In this document: in pieces, positions 39,694-50,803 of the stretch
How the letters are laid out: each line of letters starts with the position of its first letter
Position numbering within the stretch: position 1 is the first letter of the stretch
Source: an uncultured Nitrososphaerota archaeon
GTDB lineage: Archaea; Thermoproteota; EX4484-205; JAAOZO01
Assembly: GCA_964408285.1 (NCBI GenBank)
Contig: CAYOYV010000003.1
Span: forward strand, 125,067-189,066
Direction of reading: 5' to 3'
DNA: 64,000 nucleotides
Notes under the pieces: model-generated
Seen by the model: the letters and a program-made list of their open reading frames with translations, nothing else
The model's database searches: none
Told to the model about the DNA's origin: nothing
Program-made: the position numbers and the translations under genes

Positions 39694-40764
39694 CTAGCGA
39701 CGGGAGTTCGCTGCCATTGAACTGCTCGAGGCCTTCCTTAGTCTGTTCATTATTGCCAGACCAATCCCTTTCTCTTCGAAGGCTTCTGATACTATCAAAG
39801 TAATACCTAGCGAGTCGACCTCCCTGAGTGCGCTGAAAAGCGATCTCGCGACCGTGTAGAGGTTCTGACGAGTCCCAAGGCTTCTTGTTATGAATCCTTC
39901 GTTCCTATATCTGTGCTCTGTTTCATCAGAGCAAAGCATCGCCACCCTCTCTCCGCGCTGCGAGCTCTCTCTTCCAATAGCGAGCATGTTGTCCTCTATC
40001 TTCTCTATTGAATCAGCGACCTCGACTAGCAACATCTTGGTCCTGGGAGCATAGTGCCTGTATTTCATGCCTGGAGAGATTGCGACTTCAGCCTCGGCGA
40101 ATCCTCTCGCCATTCTTGACAATGCAGGAGGTCGTCCGATAATCTGTCGAAGCTCCTCGACAGTAAAGGCCCCAGGTCTCAGAAGATTCGGCGGTTCGAC
40201 TGTCAGATCAACAATCGTGGACTCAACGCCGAAAAAAGTCTCTCCCGCATCAACTATCACTTCAATCACCCCGGAGAGATCTTCCTCGACATGTTTGGCA
40301 TTAGTGGGACTTGGCTTGCCCGAGAGATTTGCACTCGGGGCGGCGATCGGCCTCCCAGACAGATCAATCAGCGCTAGAGCGACTGGGTGTGCAGGCATCC
40401 TCACTGCAACAGATCCAAGCCCCCCAGAAACTTCCTTGGGAACCTTCGCCGATCTGTTCAATACCATTGTCAACGGTCCAGGCCAGGCTTTCTCCAAAAC
40501 CTTCCAGGCAGTCTCTGGAATGTTCACGACAGCCTCCTCAAATTGATGCTGAGACGAAACATGAAGAATGAGCGGATTATCAGGGGGCCTCTTCTTGACC
40601 TCGTAGATTCTTCTAATGGCCTCTGGATTGTAGCAATCGCATCCAAGTCCGTAGACTGTCTCTGTGGGAAAAGCCACTAGGCCGCCATTGATGACGAAGG
40701 AGGCAGCTCTGGCTATTCTTTCACGATCGGGAGCAATTGGGTCCACTTGTATTAGCTCAGTCAA
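39694..40764 (-). CDS. sua5: Threonylcarbamoyl-AMP synthase Sua5
   Basis: FPTETVYGLG, KKRPPDNPLI, APSANLSG, SPGMKYRHYAP and AIMNRLRKA motifs. Confidence 0.96.
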   Translation of the reverse strand: MTELIQVDPIAPDRERIARAASFVINGGLVAFPTETVYGLGCDCYNPEAIRRIYEVKKRPPDNPLILHVSSQHQFEEAVVNIPETAWKVLEKAWPGPLTMVLNRSAKVPKEVSGGLGSVAVRMPAHPVALALIDLSGRPIAAPSANLSGKPSPTNAKHVEEDLSGVIEVIVDAGETFFGVESTIVDLTVEPPNLLRPGAFTVEELRQIIGRPPALSRMARGFAEAEVAISPGMKYRHYAPRTKMLLVEVADSIEKIEDNMLAIGRESSQRGERVAMLCSDETEHRYRNEGFITRSLGTRQNLYTVARSLFSALREVDSLGITLIVSEAFEEKGIGLAIMNRLRKASSSSMAANSRR

Positions 40765-40878
40765 GAGTCCTCTACGCTTGGGCTTCTACATATTCGGGAT
40801 TTAGTAAAGCTTGACTCGTCGGCGACATGGGAAAAACATATAATGATTTCGCCGATGCATTCACGCAAAGCCTGAATA

Positions 40879-42000
40879 TTGATGTTTTCGCCCGGCATTT
40901 TCGAACTGAGACTGCACGGAGGCAGGGCCCCGTCTTGGTTGTTCAAGAGAATGGAGAGGCTTGGAGGACAGATACTAGATGCCATTCAGATGGAATCAGA
41001 CAGCGATGAGCTTCTCAGACGCCTCTCAGATCCTGTATGGTTCCAGGCTTTCTCGAATGTGCTGGGATATGATTGGGATAGCAGCGGATCCACGACGGTG
41101 ACAACAGCTGTGGTGAAGGATATCCTGAATAGCAGCAGTTTCGGATTGAGGGCTGCAGGGGGGAAAGGGCAGAGATCAAGAGGTGTCCCCCTTGAAATAC
41201 AACGATTGTGTGCCTCTACCCACTTCAACAATGTCGAGGAACGAGATCTCGTCCATTCCTCAAGGATGTGCGCTAGGATAGATACTGCAGCGATCCAAAC
41301 AGGGCATCAAATCTACCATCATGTTATCGTCTTCTCGAACAGTGGCAAATGGGTGGTCATCCAACAAGGCATGAATCCGACATTGAAGTCAGCGAGGAGA
41401 TATCACTGGCTAGGCGAGAAGGTCAGGTCATTTGTTGAGGAGCCTCACTCTGGCATAGTAGGGGATATGGTTCTGGAAAAAGCCCTCAACATGACCTCTC
41501 GTGACAGCGAGGAAGGAAGAAAAGCAAGCGTGGATATCGCATCTGAGAATCCGGATTCACTGAGACGCAGTCTTAGATCGATCAGATCTCTTGAACAATC
41601 AAGATTATCTGATTGGATAGAGGGTTATCATTCAGATCCGAACAGATTCCTGAGGGTGATCCATGAAGCAAAAGTGAACTGGGGCGCACTGAAGGCGGCC
41701 TATCAGCTGAAGCCCGCCGACTATGAACAGCTACTTGGCATAAAGGGCATGGGTCCGACAACCATCCGAGCCCTTTCGCTTGTCGCAGAAGTGATATACG
41801 ACGCGAAAGTAAGTTGGCGGGATCCAATCAGATACTCATTTGCTTTGGGCGGAAAGGATGGGGTTCCATTCCCTGTGAATAGGAAGTCATATGATGAGAC
41901 GATCCATTTTCTTGAAGATGCCATTTCTAGAGCAAAGATGGGCGAGAAGGAGCGGGTCCAATCGCTGAGGAGACTGAGGGGCTTCGTGGGCTCGATATGA
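40879..42000 (+). CDS. DUF763 protein with an HhH motif
   Basis: LHGGRAP.WL, GYDWDSSGSTT, VIQQGMN, ARRYHW, GMGP and GGKDGVPFPV motifs. Confidence 0.9.
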   Translation: MMFSPGIFELRLHGGRAPSWLFKRMERLGGQILDAIQMESDSDELLRRLSDPVWFQAFSNVLGYDWDSSGSTTVTTAVVKDILNSSSFGLRAAGGKGQRSRGVPLEIQRLCASTHFNNVEERDLVHSSRMCARIDTAAIQTGHQIYHHVIVFSNSGKWVVIQQGMNPTLKSARRYHWLGEKVRSFVEEPHSGIVGDMVLEKALNMTSRDSEEGRKASVDIASENPDSLRRSLRSIRSLEQSRLSDWIEGYHSDPNRFLRVIHEAKVNWGALKAAYQLKPADYEQLLGIKGMGPTTIRALSLVAEVIYDAKVSWRDPIRYSFALGGKDGVPFPVNRKSYDETIHFLEDAISRAKMGEKERVQSLRRLRGFVGSI

Positions 42001-42773
42001 TTCCCCAAAATCAGTCGTCGAGATACGCCCAGCGTCTTCGGAAGGTATTTCAAATCCAAGAGAAGATAAAAGACATACATCGGTTGCTTAACAAGGCTTT
42101 CGCTATAGCGATTGTTTCTGATGGAGTTCTCATGATATTCGAAGCCGATCCGTTGCAGAAGGGTTACTTCCATGTGAAGAACACACCGACTCACATGCCA
42201 ATTCCGAACTGTGTCAGAGCCGCCTTCCCTATAGAATCCTTCGATAACAGGGCAGTATGTGTGGTTTCTGAGGATGTTTTCGAATCTATTGAAGGCTATG
42301 CTGCCATCTTCCACGAATTCGTTCATTGCTTCCAGTGGGAGACATGCGAGGAGAAGCTGAAGATGACGCTAGGCGTGGCGCAAAAGGCTATGGCTGAAGG
42401 GAATATCAGCTGGGAGCTCGACTACCCCTTTCCCTACCATGACCCGGATTTCATCAAGGATTACTCTTTATTCGCAAGAGCACTTCAGACGAATGAGGCA
42501 GACGAGATACGGAGGCATCGGGACACCCTGAAGAAGACATTAGGGAGGCGAGATTGCGATTACATGATCTGGCAGGAGTGGAAGGAAGGATTTGCCCGCC
42601 TTATTGAGAATAGGATAAGAAGGCGACTTGATATCCCTGAGAATCACTCGGGACTAGAGCAGCCCTTCACGAGGATTTCGTTCTATGAGGGAGGCTCGAG
42701 ATTCATCGATTTCCTGAGCGCACGACATTCAGGACTGCTTGACGACCTAGAGGGGCTTTTCCAGAGGCTGTGA
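41997..42773 (+). CDS. Hypothetical protein with an HExxH zincin-like motif
   Basis: IFHEFVHCFQ plus a distal EWKEGFARLIE and FYEGG. Confidence 0.7.
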   Translation: MIPQNQSSRYAQRLRKVFQIQEKIKDIHRLLNKAFAIAIVSDGVLMIFEADPLQKGYFHVKNTPTHMPIPNCVRAAFPIESFDNRAVCVVSEDVFESIEGYAAIFHEFVHCFQWETCEEKLKMTLGVAQKAMAEGNISWELDYPFPYHDPDFIKDYSLFARALQTNEADEIRRHRDTLKKTLGRRDCDYMIWQEWKEGFARLIENRIRRRLDIPENHSGLEQPFTRISFYEGGSRFIDFLSARHSGLLDDLEGLFQRL

Positions 42774-42833
42774 AGTTGAAATTCACCCCGGACAGATTGC
42801 ATCCTTTGGCATTGAGAGGCAAGAAATGCTCTT

Positions 42834-43883
42834 ATGCATAGGGCGCGTCCCTTGAAGACAGAAACCTTGAGATATGTAAGCCTCGGCACGAGTGGCCTCA
42901 AAGTTTCACAGATATGCATGGGCAGCTGGCATCTCCCGCGGTCAAAGGAGAGGGACCAGTTCGGCGCCCTGGAAGTCGACATCGAAGCCTTGAGGAGGGT
43001 TGTCAAGACTGCGATGGATATGGGATTGAACTTCCTAGATACTGCCAACAGATACCATGGCGCGATGAGTCCTGTAGACTTGATCCACAGAGGAAATTCT
43101 GAGAAGGTGTTGGGAGAAGTACTCAGGGAATATGACAGAGAGAGCTATGTTATCTCTACAAAGGTTGGGGCAGAGATGACCGCCTGGGCGAATGGTAAGG
43201 GGCTATCGAGAAAGCACCTATTCTGGCAGAACCGAGAAAGTCTCAGGAGATTGCAGATGGATTTCATCGATGTGTACCTAATACACACTTCGGACCCGGA
43301 GACGCCCAACTTAGAAACACTCAGGGCGATGGACGATTTGATATCGATGGGCAAGGTGCATTACATAGGATCGTCGAATCTGAGTCCGGAGGAGATAGTG
43401 AATTTCATGGATCTCTCAAAGGAGAATAGATTGAATGGATTCATCACTCTGCAAGAGGTCTACAATCTTCTTGAAAGCCAGATCGAATTGACGAAGATGC
43501 CCTTGGCGAGGCACTACGGATTCTCGATAATGGCCTATTCGCCGCTAGCAGAAGGATTGCTCTCAGGGAAATATCTCTCAGGTATTCCGGAGGGATCCAG
43601 AGCGAGCTATTCAGAAGCTCTCAGGAGGGACATAACTGAGGAAAGATTATCAGTCATCCGAGAGCTTGCTGATTTCGCCAAGGAGAAAGGCATCACCCTT
43701 CCACAGCTGGCCATAGCTTGGATACTTAACAAGCAGTCTTCGTTGGGGGTGAGCATAGTGCCCATAATCGGCGTGTCAAGTGAAGACCAACTCAGGGAGA
43801 ATCTGCAAGCCGCCGAGATCAACCTCACGCAGGATGATGTCAAGGCAATACAAGCTATCATTGCTGAATCGAAAGCTCGCTAG
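42834..43883 (+). CDS. Aldo/keto reductase
   Basis: LGTSGLKVSQI, LDTANRY, ISTK, GKVHYIGSSN and AYSPLAEGLLSGKY motifs. Confidence 0.93.
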   Translation: MHRARPLKTETLRYVSLGTSGLKVSQICMGSWHLPRSKERDQFGALEVDIEALRRVVKTAMDMGLNFLDTANRYHGAMSPVDLIHRGNSEKVLGEVLREYDRESYVISTKVGAEMTAWANGKGLSRKHLFWQNRESLRRLQMDFIDVYLIHTSDPETPNLETLRAMDDLISMGKVHYIGSSNLSPEEIVNFMDLSKENRLNGFITLQEVYNLLESQIELTKMPLARHYGFSIMAYSPLAEGLLSGKYLSGIPEGSRASYSEALRRDITEERLSVIRELADFAKEKGITLPQLAIAWILNKQSSLGVSIVPIIGVSSEDQLRENLQAAEINLTQDDVKAIQAIIAESKAR

Positions 43884-43923
43884 ACAAGATCATCCCTAAT
43901 ATACGTCGCGCGCATGTCTCAGG

Positions 43924-44892
43924 TCATACCAAACATCGATTGTGCCATTCGTTGATTATCGACCTGACTGTCATTCTTATTGCGTCCTCGCTGCTATGTT
44001 TGGGGCCCCATCCCAATGACTTGAGCTTGGTCACGTCAAGCCTCATGAATTTGACATCCCCAACCCATCCCCTTCCTCCTCCGACACCGCCAGTAAGAAC
44101 ATGCCGCGGATTGTCGACTCTCATCTCTTCCTCCACTATTCGCGCTATCCTTCTCACCTCGATATCATCTTCTGAGCCAACATTGAACACGTCGAAACTT
44201 TGTCGTGCGATTCTAGCACAATAGGTTATTGCCTCTATCGCGTCATCGACGAACAGGTAGGACTTTCTTTGCGTACCGTCTCCCAATATTTCGAGGTGTG
44301 TGGGATCGTTCTTCAGCTTGTTCATGAAGTCATACACGACACCATGGCTCAACCTCGGTCCCACAATATTCGCGAATCGGAGAATGATTGCCTTGAGATC
44401 ATAGGAAGCACAATATGACGAGATCAGTGATTCGCATGCGAGCTTACTGGCACCGTAAACGGAGATTGGTCTCATGGGAGAATAGTCCTCAGAAGTCGGG
44501 AGTAAGGTGGCATCTCCGTATACGGTCGATGACGAAGCGAATATCAATTCCCTCAGACCGTGGGCCTTCATTTCCTCCAAGACATTGAGGGTCCCTCGGA
44601 TGTTCACCTCGAAATGAGTGTTTGGATCTCCATTTCTGACTTCCGGATTCGCGGCGAAATGGAAGACACTTCCACACCCCTGTACTGCGCGGCCTATGTC
44701 TGCCTTTTCCATAATGTCCCCTTTGAGGACTTTGACTCTCCCCGTCTTCACCGCGTTGGAGAGATTCCTCTCATGGCCTGAGGAGAAATTGTCAAGAACC
44801 GTTACTTCATAGCCGTTTCTCACCAACGCATCTACCAAGTGACTACCTATGAAGCCACCGCCTCCAGTCACGAGAGCATAACGGGCCAGCAT
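43924..44892 (-). CDS. NAD-dependent epimerase/dehydratase (GalE-like)
   Basis: TGGGGFIG, HFAA, SSSTVYG and YGASK motifs; start moved to ATG 44892. Confidence 0.92.
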   Translation of the reverse strand: MLARYALVTGGGGFIGSHLVDALVRNGYEVTVLDNFSSGHERNLSNAVKTGRVKVLKGDIMEKADIGRAVQGCGSVFHFAANPEVRNGDPNTHFEVNIRGTLNVLEEMKAHGLRELIFASSSTVYGDATLLPTSEDYSPMRPISVYGASKLACESLISSYCASYDLKAIILRFANIVGPRLSHGVVYDFMNKLKNDPTHLEILGDGTQRKSYLFVDDAIEAITYCARIARQSFDVFNVGSEDDIEVRRIARIVEEEMRVDNPRHVLTGGVGGGRGWVGDVKFMRLDVTKLKSLGWGPKHSSEDAIRMTVRSIINEWHNRCLV

Positions 44893-45063
44893 CTCATTCC
44901 CCGTTTCAGTTTCCCTGGACACACTTAAAGCATTGGCCTGAGGTATGTGCCACCGTTGTTCGTCAGTCCTCTTACGTAGCTCATATAAGCAATTGGACTG
45001 GAACGTAATTGAATCTGACGCAGAGCACTTGGCATAAATAGGGATGCGTGATTCGTTTCTCCA

Positions 45064-46956
45064 ATGGGAAGAACCAAGTGCGCAGGAACCCTTGTCGTTG
45101 ACACCTCGCACAGTCATTATGCAAAGGTATGTCCGGCGCCGATCGAAGCCGTGAGGTTGGTGGATAGGTTCTGGTCTCCCCGCATCAGATCTCTACAGGG
45201 GGTGACCCTGCCAGCACAGTTCACTCTTCTGGAGGAAACAGGCCGCACCTTCAATTTCCGGCGTGCCTCCGGAAGGAAGGAGGGACCATTCCGCGGTCTC
45301 TTCTTCAACGACTCCGATGTCTACAAATGGGTGGAAGCAACTGCATTCTCTCTTGCAGTAACTCCCGACGAGAAGCTGCATGAGCTTATTGAGCAAACTG
45401 TTGGCGATATATCTGCGGCACAAGATGAGGACGGATATCTGAACACCTTTTTCATGTTTGAGCAGAAGGGAGAGAGATGGAAGAACCTAAGGGAGATGCA
45501 CGAACTCTATTGTGCAGGCCATCTTATCCAAGCAGCGATAGCCCATCACCGGGCAACTGGTTCAAAAAGATTTTTGGAAGTGGCGATTCGTTTAGCGGAT
45601 CATATCTCCAAGGTCTTCGGGCCAGGAAAGCGGGACGGAACTCCAGGCCACCCTGAGATTGAAATGGCACTTGTAGAGCTATTCCGGGAGACCAATGACC
45701 GAACCTATCTGAATCTGGCCAACTTCTTCATTGACAACCGAGGCAAGGGGATAGTTGGGGGTAGTGCAACCCTAATCGATCACAAACCGTTCCGTGAATT
45801 AACTGACATCGTGGGTCATGCAGTGAGGTCAATCTACCTCAATTGCGGCGCAGCAGATCTCTTTATGGAAACGGGCGAAGGCGCCTTGTGGGATACCCTT
45901 GAACGCCTCTGGAAGAGCATGATAGAAAAGAGGATGTATGTGACGGGGGGAGTAGGAGCTCGCTACGATGGTGAAGCATTCGGAGTAGACTATGAGCTGC
46001 CGAATGAGAGAGCATATGCAGAGACCTGCGCTTCGATTGCAAACATCATGTGGGCCTTCAGAATGTTCCTGATAAGCGGAGAGGGTAGGTTCTTGGATCT
46101 CCTGGAATTGGCCTTGTACAATGGAGCCTTATCAGGTATCTCCTTGGACGGCGAACAATTCTTCTATGTGAACCCCCTCGCAGATCGCGGGAGACACAGG
46201 CGTCGAAACTGGTTCGATTGCGCATGTTGCCCGCCCAATATTGCGAGGACGTTGGCCTCTGTTCCTGGCTATTTCTATGCACTCTCGGACGATGGAATTT
46301 GGATAAATCTCTACGGTCAAAGCGTCTCCCATCTTGCTACGGGAGACAACCTGATCACAATAGAGCAGAATACGGAGTACCCATGGCAAGGAGAGGTCGA
46401 ACTAGTCGTTAGGCCAGAGAAGGACATCCAGCTCTGTCTTCACCTGCGTATCCCTGGTTGGTGTAGGGATCCCAAGGTCAGTCTGAACGGGCGATCAGTG
46501 GAGGCAAATCCTCGTCCGAGTGAATTCCTTGTTCTGGATAGAGTCTGGAGGGCGGGGGATCGCGTCCACCTTTCGATGCCTATGCCTGCAGAGAGAATTG
46601 TCTGCAATCCACATGTCTTCGAGAATGTTGGGAGAGTGGCGCTAAGACGGGGTCCTCTCATCTATTGCGTTGAACAGGTCGATAATCCGGGATACGATGT
46701 CTGGGAATTGGCATTGCCCATGAATGCTCGATTAGAGGTGGAACGCATCCCTGACTTGCTCAATGACATAGTCCTCATTCGGGGAATGGGTCTGTCCCTT
46801 GATTGCAAGTGGTCTGGAAACTCGTTGTATGACCACGTTGGCAATGAGTGGTTGGCTGCCCGCCCAGTCAGATTCACAGCCATTCCATACTATGCATGGT
46901 CAAACAGAACCGCCGGACCAATGACTGTGTGGATTCGCGCGATTGCTGGCATTTGA
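45064..46956 (+). CDS. GH127 beta-L-arabinofuranosidase-like protein
   Basis: DSDVYKW, HELYCAGH, GHAVR, YAETCA, CACCPPN, RGPLIYC and IPYYAW.NR motifs. Confidence 0.93.
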   Translation: MGRTKCAGTLVVDTSHSHYAKVCPAPIEAVRLVDRFWSPRIRSLQGVTLPAQFTLLEETGRTFNFRRASGRKEGPFRGLFFNDSDVYKWVEATAFSLAVTPDEKLHELIEQTVGDISAAQDEDGYLNTFFMFEQKGERWKNLREMHELYCAGHLIQAAIAHHRATGSKRFLEVAIRLADHISKVFGPGKRDGTPGHPEIEMALVELFRETNDRTYLNLANFFIDNRGKGIVGGSATLIDHKPFRELTDIVGHAVRSIYLNCGAADLFMETGEGALWDTLERLWKSMIEKRMYVTGGVGARYDGEAFGVDYELPNERAYAETCASIANIMWAFRMFLISGEGRFLDLLELALYNGALSGISLDGEQFFYVNPLADRGRHRRRNWFDCACCPPNIARTLASVPGYFYALSDDGIWINLYGQSVSHLATGDNLITIEQNTEYPWQGEVELVVRPEKDIQLCLHLRIPGWCRDPKVSLNGRSVEANPRPSEFLVLDRVWRAGDRVHLSMPMPAERIVCNPHVFENVGRVALRRGPLIYCVEQVDNPGYDVWELALPMNARLEVERIPDLLNDIVLIRGMGLSLDCKWSGNSLYDHVGNEWLAARPVRFTAIPYYAWSNRTAGPMTVWIRAIAGI

Positions 46957-46997
46957 ACAAAGATATCCCCGGTCCATGAGCTGCAGGGAGTTGGACG

Positions 46998-47618
46998 ATG
47001 AAGACGACTTCAGATTCTGTGGAAACGCGGAAACAGAGACTCAGGGAGGTGATATGGGAGCTTCTTGTCGCAGAAGGTCTCGCAGTCCCTCCATTTCCCG
47101 TAAGAGGGAGAATACCGAATTTCGTAGGTTCGGAGCAGGCTGCGAATCACCTTGATGAGATCAAGGAATACCGGGAGGCCAGCATCGTCCTCATTGCGCC
47201 GGACTATGTTCTATTCTATGCAAGGGTGAAAACGCTCTCGGGTGGCAAATCCATACTTCTGGCTACTCCAAAACTGAGGGAGGGATACTTACTTCTGGAG
47301 CATGACAAGCTAAAGGGACTGGAGAAAGCCGCATCAACGATATCTGGAAGCTTCAGATACGGGATCAGAATGAAAAGAGCAATAGGTGTGGATTTCGTGG
47401 TAGAAGGTTGCGTGGCAATTGATAGATCTGGAAACAGGCTTGGGAAGGGAGGGGGGTATGGTGACGAGGAAATATCTGTTGCTCGCACACTCAATCCCTC
47501 TGTCAAGGTTGCGGCAATTTGCTCATCAAAGCAGATAGTTGATGCTGTTCCTTTTACACAAGCAGATCAACCCGTTGACTTTATCGTAACAGAGATCGGA
47601 GTCATCAGGACGCGTTGA
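46998..47618 (+). CDS. 5-formyltetrahydrofolate cyclo-ligase family protein
   Basis: RIPNFVG, TPKL, RLGKGGGYGD and DQPVDFIVT motifs. Confidence 0.88.
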   Translation: MKTTSDSVETRKQRLREVIWELLVAEGLAVPPFPVRGRIPNFVGSEQAANHLDEIKEYREASIVLIAPDYVLFYARVKTLSGGKSILLATPKLREGYLLLEHDKLKGLEKAASTISGSFRYGIRMKRAIGVDFVVEGCVAIDRSGNRLGKGGGYGDEEISVARTLNPSVKVAAICSSKQIVDAVPFTQADQPVDFIVTEIGVIRTR

Positions 47619-47640
47619 GTACTTCACAGTCTTTGAGATA

Positions 47641-48972
47641 TTACAACGTGGGCTTCGTGAAATTGGCACCTCTGACAAGCATTGACGGAGTCAGCGTAGG
47701 GATTGTGACTTCCCACCATTTTATCCAGCTTCTTTCACGTCCCAAACCATCGATGTTGCCGAGGATCCTAAGCATGTTATCTGATAATCTGAGACCTCTT
47801 ACTGGTCCGGCAATCTGTCCGCCTTCTATCCTGAAAGCCCCGTCCCGTATTATTGTTGAGAAATCGCCGCTTCTCATGTTTTGGTATCTGTGGTACCAGT
47901 TGTTTGTTACGTATAGACCATGATCGACCATGGCAACGAGTTCATCAAGGGATTTTGTTCCCGCGCCCACAACGAGGGTGAAAGGCCTTGGACCAACGAG
48001 ACCGGCATTTGCTGTGCTGACAGTGTTCATCTTCCTTGCAGTATTCGAGTTGTGGAGATATGATTTCAGCGTGCCTTTTTCGATGATCGCCTTCCCAAGA
48101 GTGGGCAGTCCCTCATCGTCGAACATCGCTGCTCCTGGAGCTTCTGAATTGGTTGGATCATCCTCAAGACACAATGAGGGTGACGCAATCTTCTGGCCAA
48201 GTTTGTCTGTCAGGAATGAGGATCCTGCTAATACGGAGAAAGCAGAAGAGGCAAATGCGACACGTTCAATGAGATTCGCTGAGATCATTGGTCCTAGGAC
48301 AACATCATATTTCCCTGCCTCCGCTTGTTCCTGATTCAAAGACTTCTTGGCAATCTCCCCAGCATGCCTTCCCACAGATTCCGCATCTAGCTTAGAGATT
48401 GAATTTGTGGCATTGGCAAACTGCCCCGTCGCTTCTGAATCCGCGAAAGCCCTTACGTTGAGGTCGTAGATCGATGCTGTGAATGTTGCCTCGGCCCCTG
48501 CCGTCGTAAGGATTGTTCTCGTTTCCTTTTCCGCTGTGACCGCGCCTGCGACTCTGCTCGCGCCTGCAGACAGAGCAGATTCCATCGATGTTCTGACTAC
48601 ATCTGGCAATTTCGCTTGGTCTATCTTTGGATCTCCAACTGAGCGCAATTTTCTCGAATATCTGAATGGTCCCTTCGGGAGAGGAGCTCGCTGCTCGCCA
48701 GGCGGAGAAAGCCGTACTATCTTCATCAGCTTCGTGACCAGATTCTCAACTGATTGTCTAGAGAGATTCGTCGTTGAAAGAGTCGAGGCCTTACCCCCCA
48801 TTATCGCGAACACCGAGAGTTGAGTGTCGTTCATTGCCTTCGATGCAATGACGCCGTTGTTCGCGAATCTAACCATATACCAGTCTAGGCTCTGTACTAT
48901 GGCAACAGCATCTTCGGCCCCTCCCTTCTTGACCAGTTTCAAGGCTGTTGCTGCAGTGCCAGAAGCTACCAT
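47641..48972 (-). CDS. pmbA: TldE/PmbA family protein
   Basis: VRFANN, AGKYDVVLGP, FDDEGLP, GLYVT and GDFS motifs; start moved to ATG 48972, coupled to the tldD stop. Confidence 0.88.
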   Translation of the reverse strand: MVASGTAATALKLVKKGGAEDAVAIVQSLDWYMVRFANNGVIASKAMNDTQLSVFAIMGGKASTLSTTNLSRQSVENLVTKLMKIVRLSPPGEQRAPLPKGPFRYSRKLRSVGDPKIDQAKLPDVVRTSMESALSAGASRVAGAVTAEKETRTILTTAGAEATFTASIYDLNVRAFADSEATGQFANATNSISKLDAESVGRHAGEIAKKSLNQEQAEAGKYDVVLGPMISANLIERVAFASSAFSVLAGSSFLTDKLGQKIASPSLCLEDDPTNSEAPGAAMFDDEGLPTLGKAIIEKGTLKSYLHNSNTARKMNTVSTANAGLVGPRPFTLVVGAGTKSLDELVAMVDHGLYVTNNWYHRYQNMRSGDFSTIIRDGAFRIEGGQIAGPVRGLRLSDNMLRILGNIDGLGRERSWIKWWEVTIPTLTPSMLVRGANFTKPTL

Positions 48973-50408
48973 CAGAACGCACCTCCCAATCTCACATCCC
49001 TCAACCTGATTGTGGGCCCTCCGGTCCAAACTGGAATGCCTTGTGAGGGATCGCCTTTGCCGCACGTTGCTGACCAGAATCTCAGATCCTCGCCTACCGC
49101 ATCAACGGCCTTGTAGAGACCCACAGTGGTCATCTCTATTGCAGGATTCCTGACCGGATCTGTAATCTCACCATTCTCCACCAGGAATGCCTCGAAACCC
49201 ACATATCTTTGGTTGAATCTCCTATCGTCTATGTTCCATTCAGTGAAATTCCTCACATAAACTCCCTTCTTGATGTCTTCTATCAGTTCCTGGAATGATC
49301 TGTCACCCGCTTCCATGTAGGTATTGGCCATCCTGACAATAGGCTCTCTGTTATACGAAGAAGCCCTTGAAGCACCGTTGCTCTTCATTCCGGTGACAGC
49401 AGCTGTCTCCCTATTCTGCAGAAATTCTGTGATCCTTCCCTCCTTGATCAAGTATCTCTTTCTAGCCTTCACCCCTTCCTCATCGTACAAGTAGAAACCA
49501 TAGGAATTCCTCAAGGTTGGGTCGTCCACGACATTGACTAGTGGCGAGCCCACCTCCATCCCAACTGAGTTGATGGAAAGATAGCTTTCTCCGGCTTGAG
49601 CTGCCTCTCTGCCTAGGATCCTGTCGGCTTCACCGGGATGACCACTGGATTCGTGGCATATGAGTGCAACGACCTCACCTCCTAGCAGAACATCGATTTT
49701 CTCCATAGGTGAGGGCTTGCCCAAGTCGAGGACCTTCGCCATCGATTCCCCCTCCTTCTCCATGACTTGCATTACGTCTCCTTTCTCAATCACTTCCCAT
49801 CCGCCTGATTCACCGAACTGGCTGGAGCGCATGGCAGTGCCCTTCTGTGGATGAGATCCGATCAACATGTAGTTGAACGCCGTTCTCGGTACTGAGCTGC
49901 TGATCTCAGCGCCATCACTATTGATGACTGTCTTCTCAGTGACTCCTGAAAAGATGGTCAGGAAGCGGCTGACCATCTTCACGCTTCTTTTCCCCGCGAT
50001 CTCAATTGCTGCTTTGTCCGAATCCCTTATGAGTTCAACAGCCTGATCCAACTCGACATTCTCGAATCTTATTCTTGGTTTGATTATGAATTTGCTTTTT
50101 GAGAGATCTTCAGAACTCAGTTGGACTGGCGGTTTCGCCAACGACGAAGTTGCCTTCGCAGACGAGACTGCGCGTTCTGCTGCTCTCCTCACAGAAGGTC
50201 TGGAGAGTTCATTCGTAGAGCTGAATCCAAGGGCTCCGTCGACGATCACCCTTATCGACAGTCCCTCAGACCTGTATGAACGGGACACTTCTAGAAGGCC
50301 ATTCTTGACGAAGAATGAAAATCCAGTGTCTGATTGATGTCTAGCTTCAGAGTATTTCGCTCCGCTACTCGAAGACAGTCTCAAGGCCATCTTAAGCAAG
50401 TCTTCCAT
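48972..50408 (-). CDS. tldD: TldD family metalloprotease
   Basis: HESSGHPGEAD, DDPT, YDEEG, RMANTY and CGKG motifs; start moved to ATG 50408. Confidence 0.92.
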   Translation of the reverse strand: MEDLLKMALRLSSSSGAKYSEARHQSDTGFSFFVKNGLLEVSRSYRSEGLSIRVIVDGALGFSSTNELSRPSVRRAAERAVSSAKATSSLAKPPVQLSSEDLSKSKFIIKPRIRFENVELDQAVELIRDSDKAAIEIAGKRSVKMVSRFLTIFSGVTEKTVINSDGAEISSSVPRTAFNYMLIGSHPQKGTAMRSSQFGESGGWEVIEKGDVMQVMEKEGESMAKVLDLGKPSPMEKIDVLLGGEVVALICHESSGHPGEADRILGREAAQAGESYLSINSVGMEVGSPLVNVVDDPTLRNSYGFYLYDEEGVKARKRYLIKEGRITEFLQNRETAAVTGMKSNGASRASSYNREPIVRMANTYMEAGDRSFQELIEDIKKGVYVRNFTEWNIDDRRFNQRYVGFEAFLVENGEITDPVRNPAIEMTTVGLYKAVDAVGEDLRFWSATCGKGDPSQGIPVWTGGPTIRLRDVRLGGAF

Positions 50409-50803
50409 ATTGCATCTGAAGGGTCGCGGGATTGTTGCGAAGTTATAAAGATTGTCAGATTTTTTGTTGTCCTGAGGATTCCCAATAGAGAACATGGGAT
50501 CCAGGTCAGGCAGGTACCAGATCAAGATGACTTCAGATGGGATGGGAATCATCACATCAGTCTAGATTCATTTCCGATGGGTTCGCGAATAGTTATCACT
50601 CTGTTCGCGCAAGAAGCATATCCAGGGGGAGGCCAACAGGATCGCCGCCTTGGGGGGCGTTAATGTGATTCAGGTACCGGATACTGAAGGGGATCTGAAG
50701 AATATGGTTTTAAGCGAGAGCGCATGAATTTCTGGGAGACATATGGCTTGCTCGACATCGCAAGAGAACCATAGAACAGAGGCTAGGCCGGCGGGCTAGA
50801 AAG

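Noticed and set aside
50409-50803. About 400-nt intergenic gap as an ncRNA or hidden gene
   Set aside because: No tRNA, C/D box or repeat pattern and no convincing ORF seen; it is a divergent promoter region. A covariance-model search would settle it.
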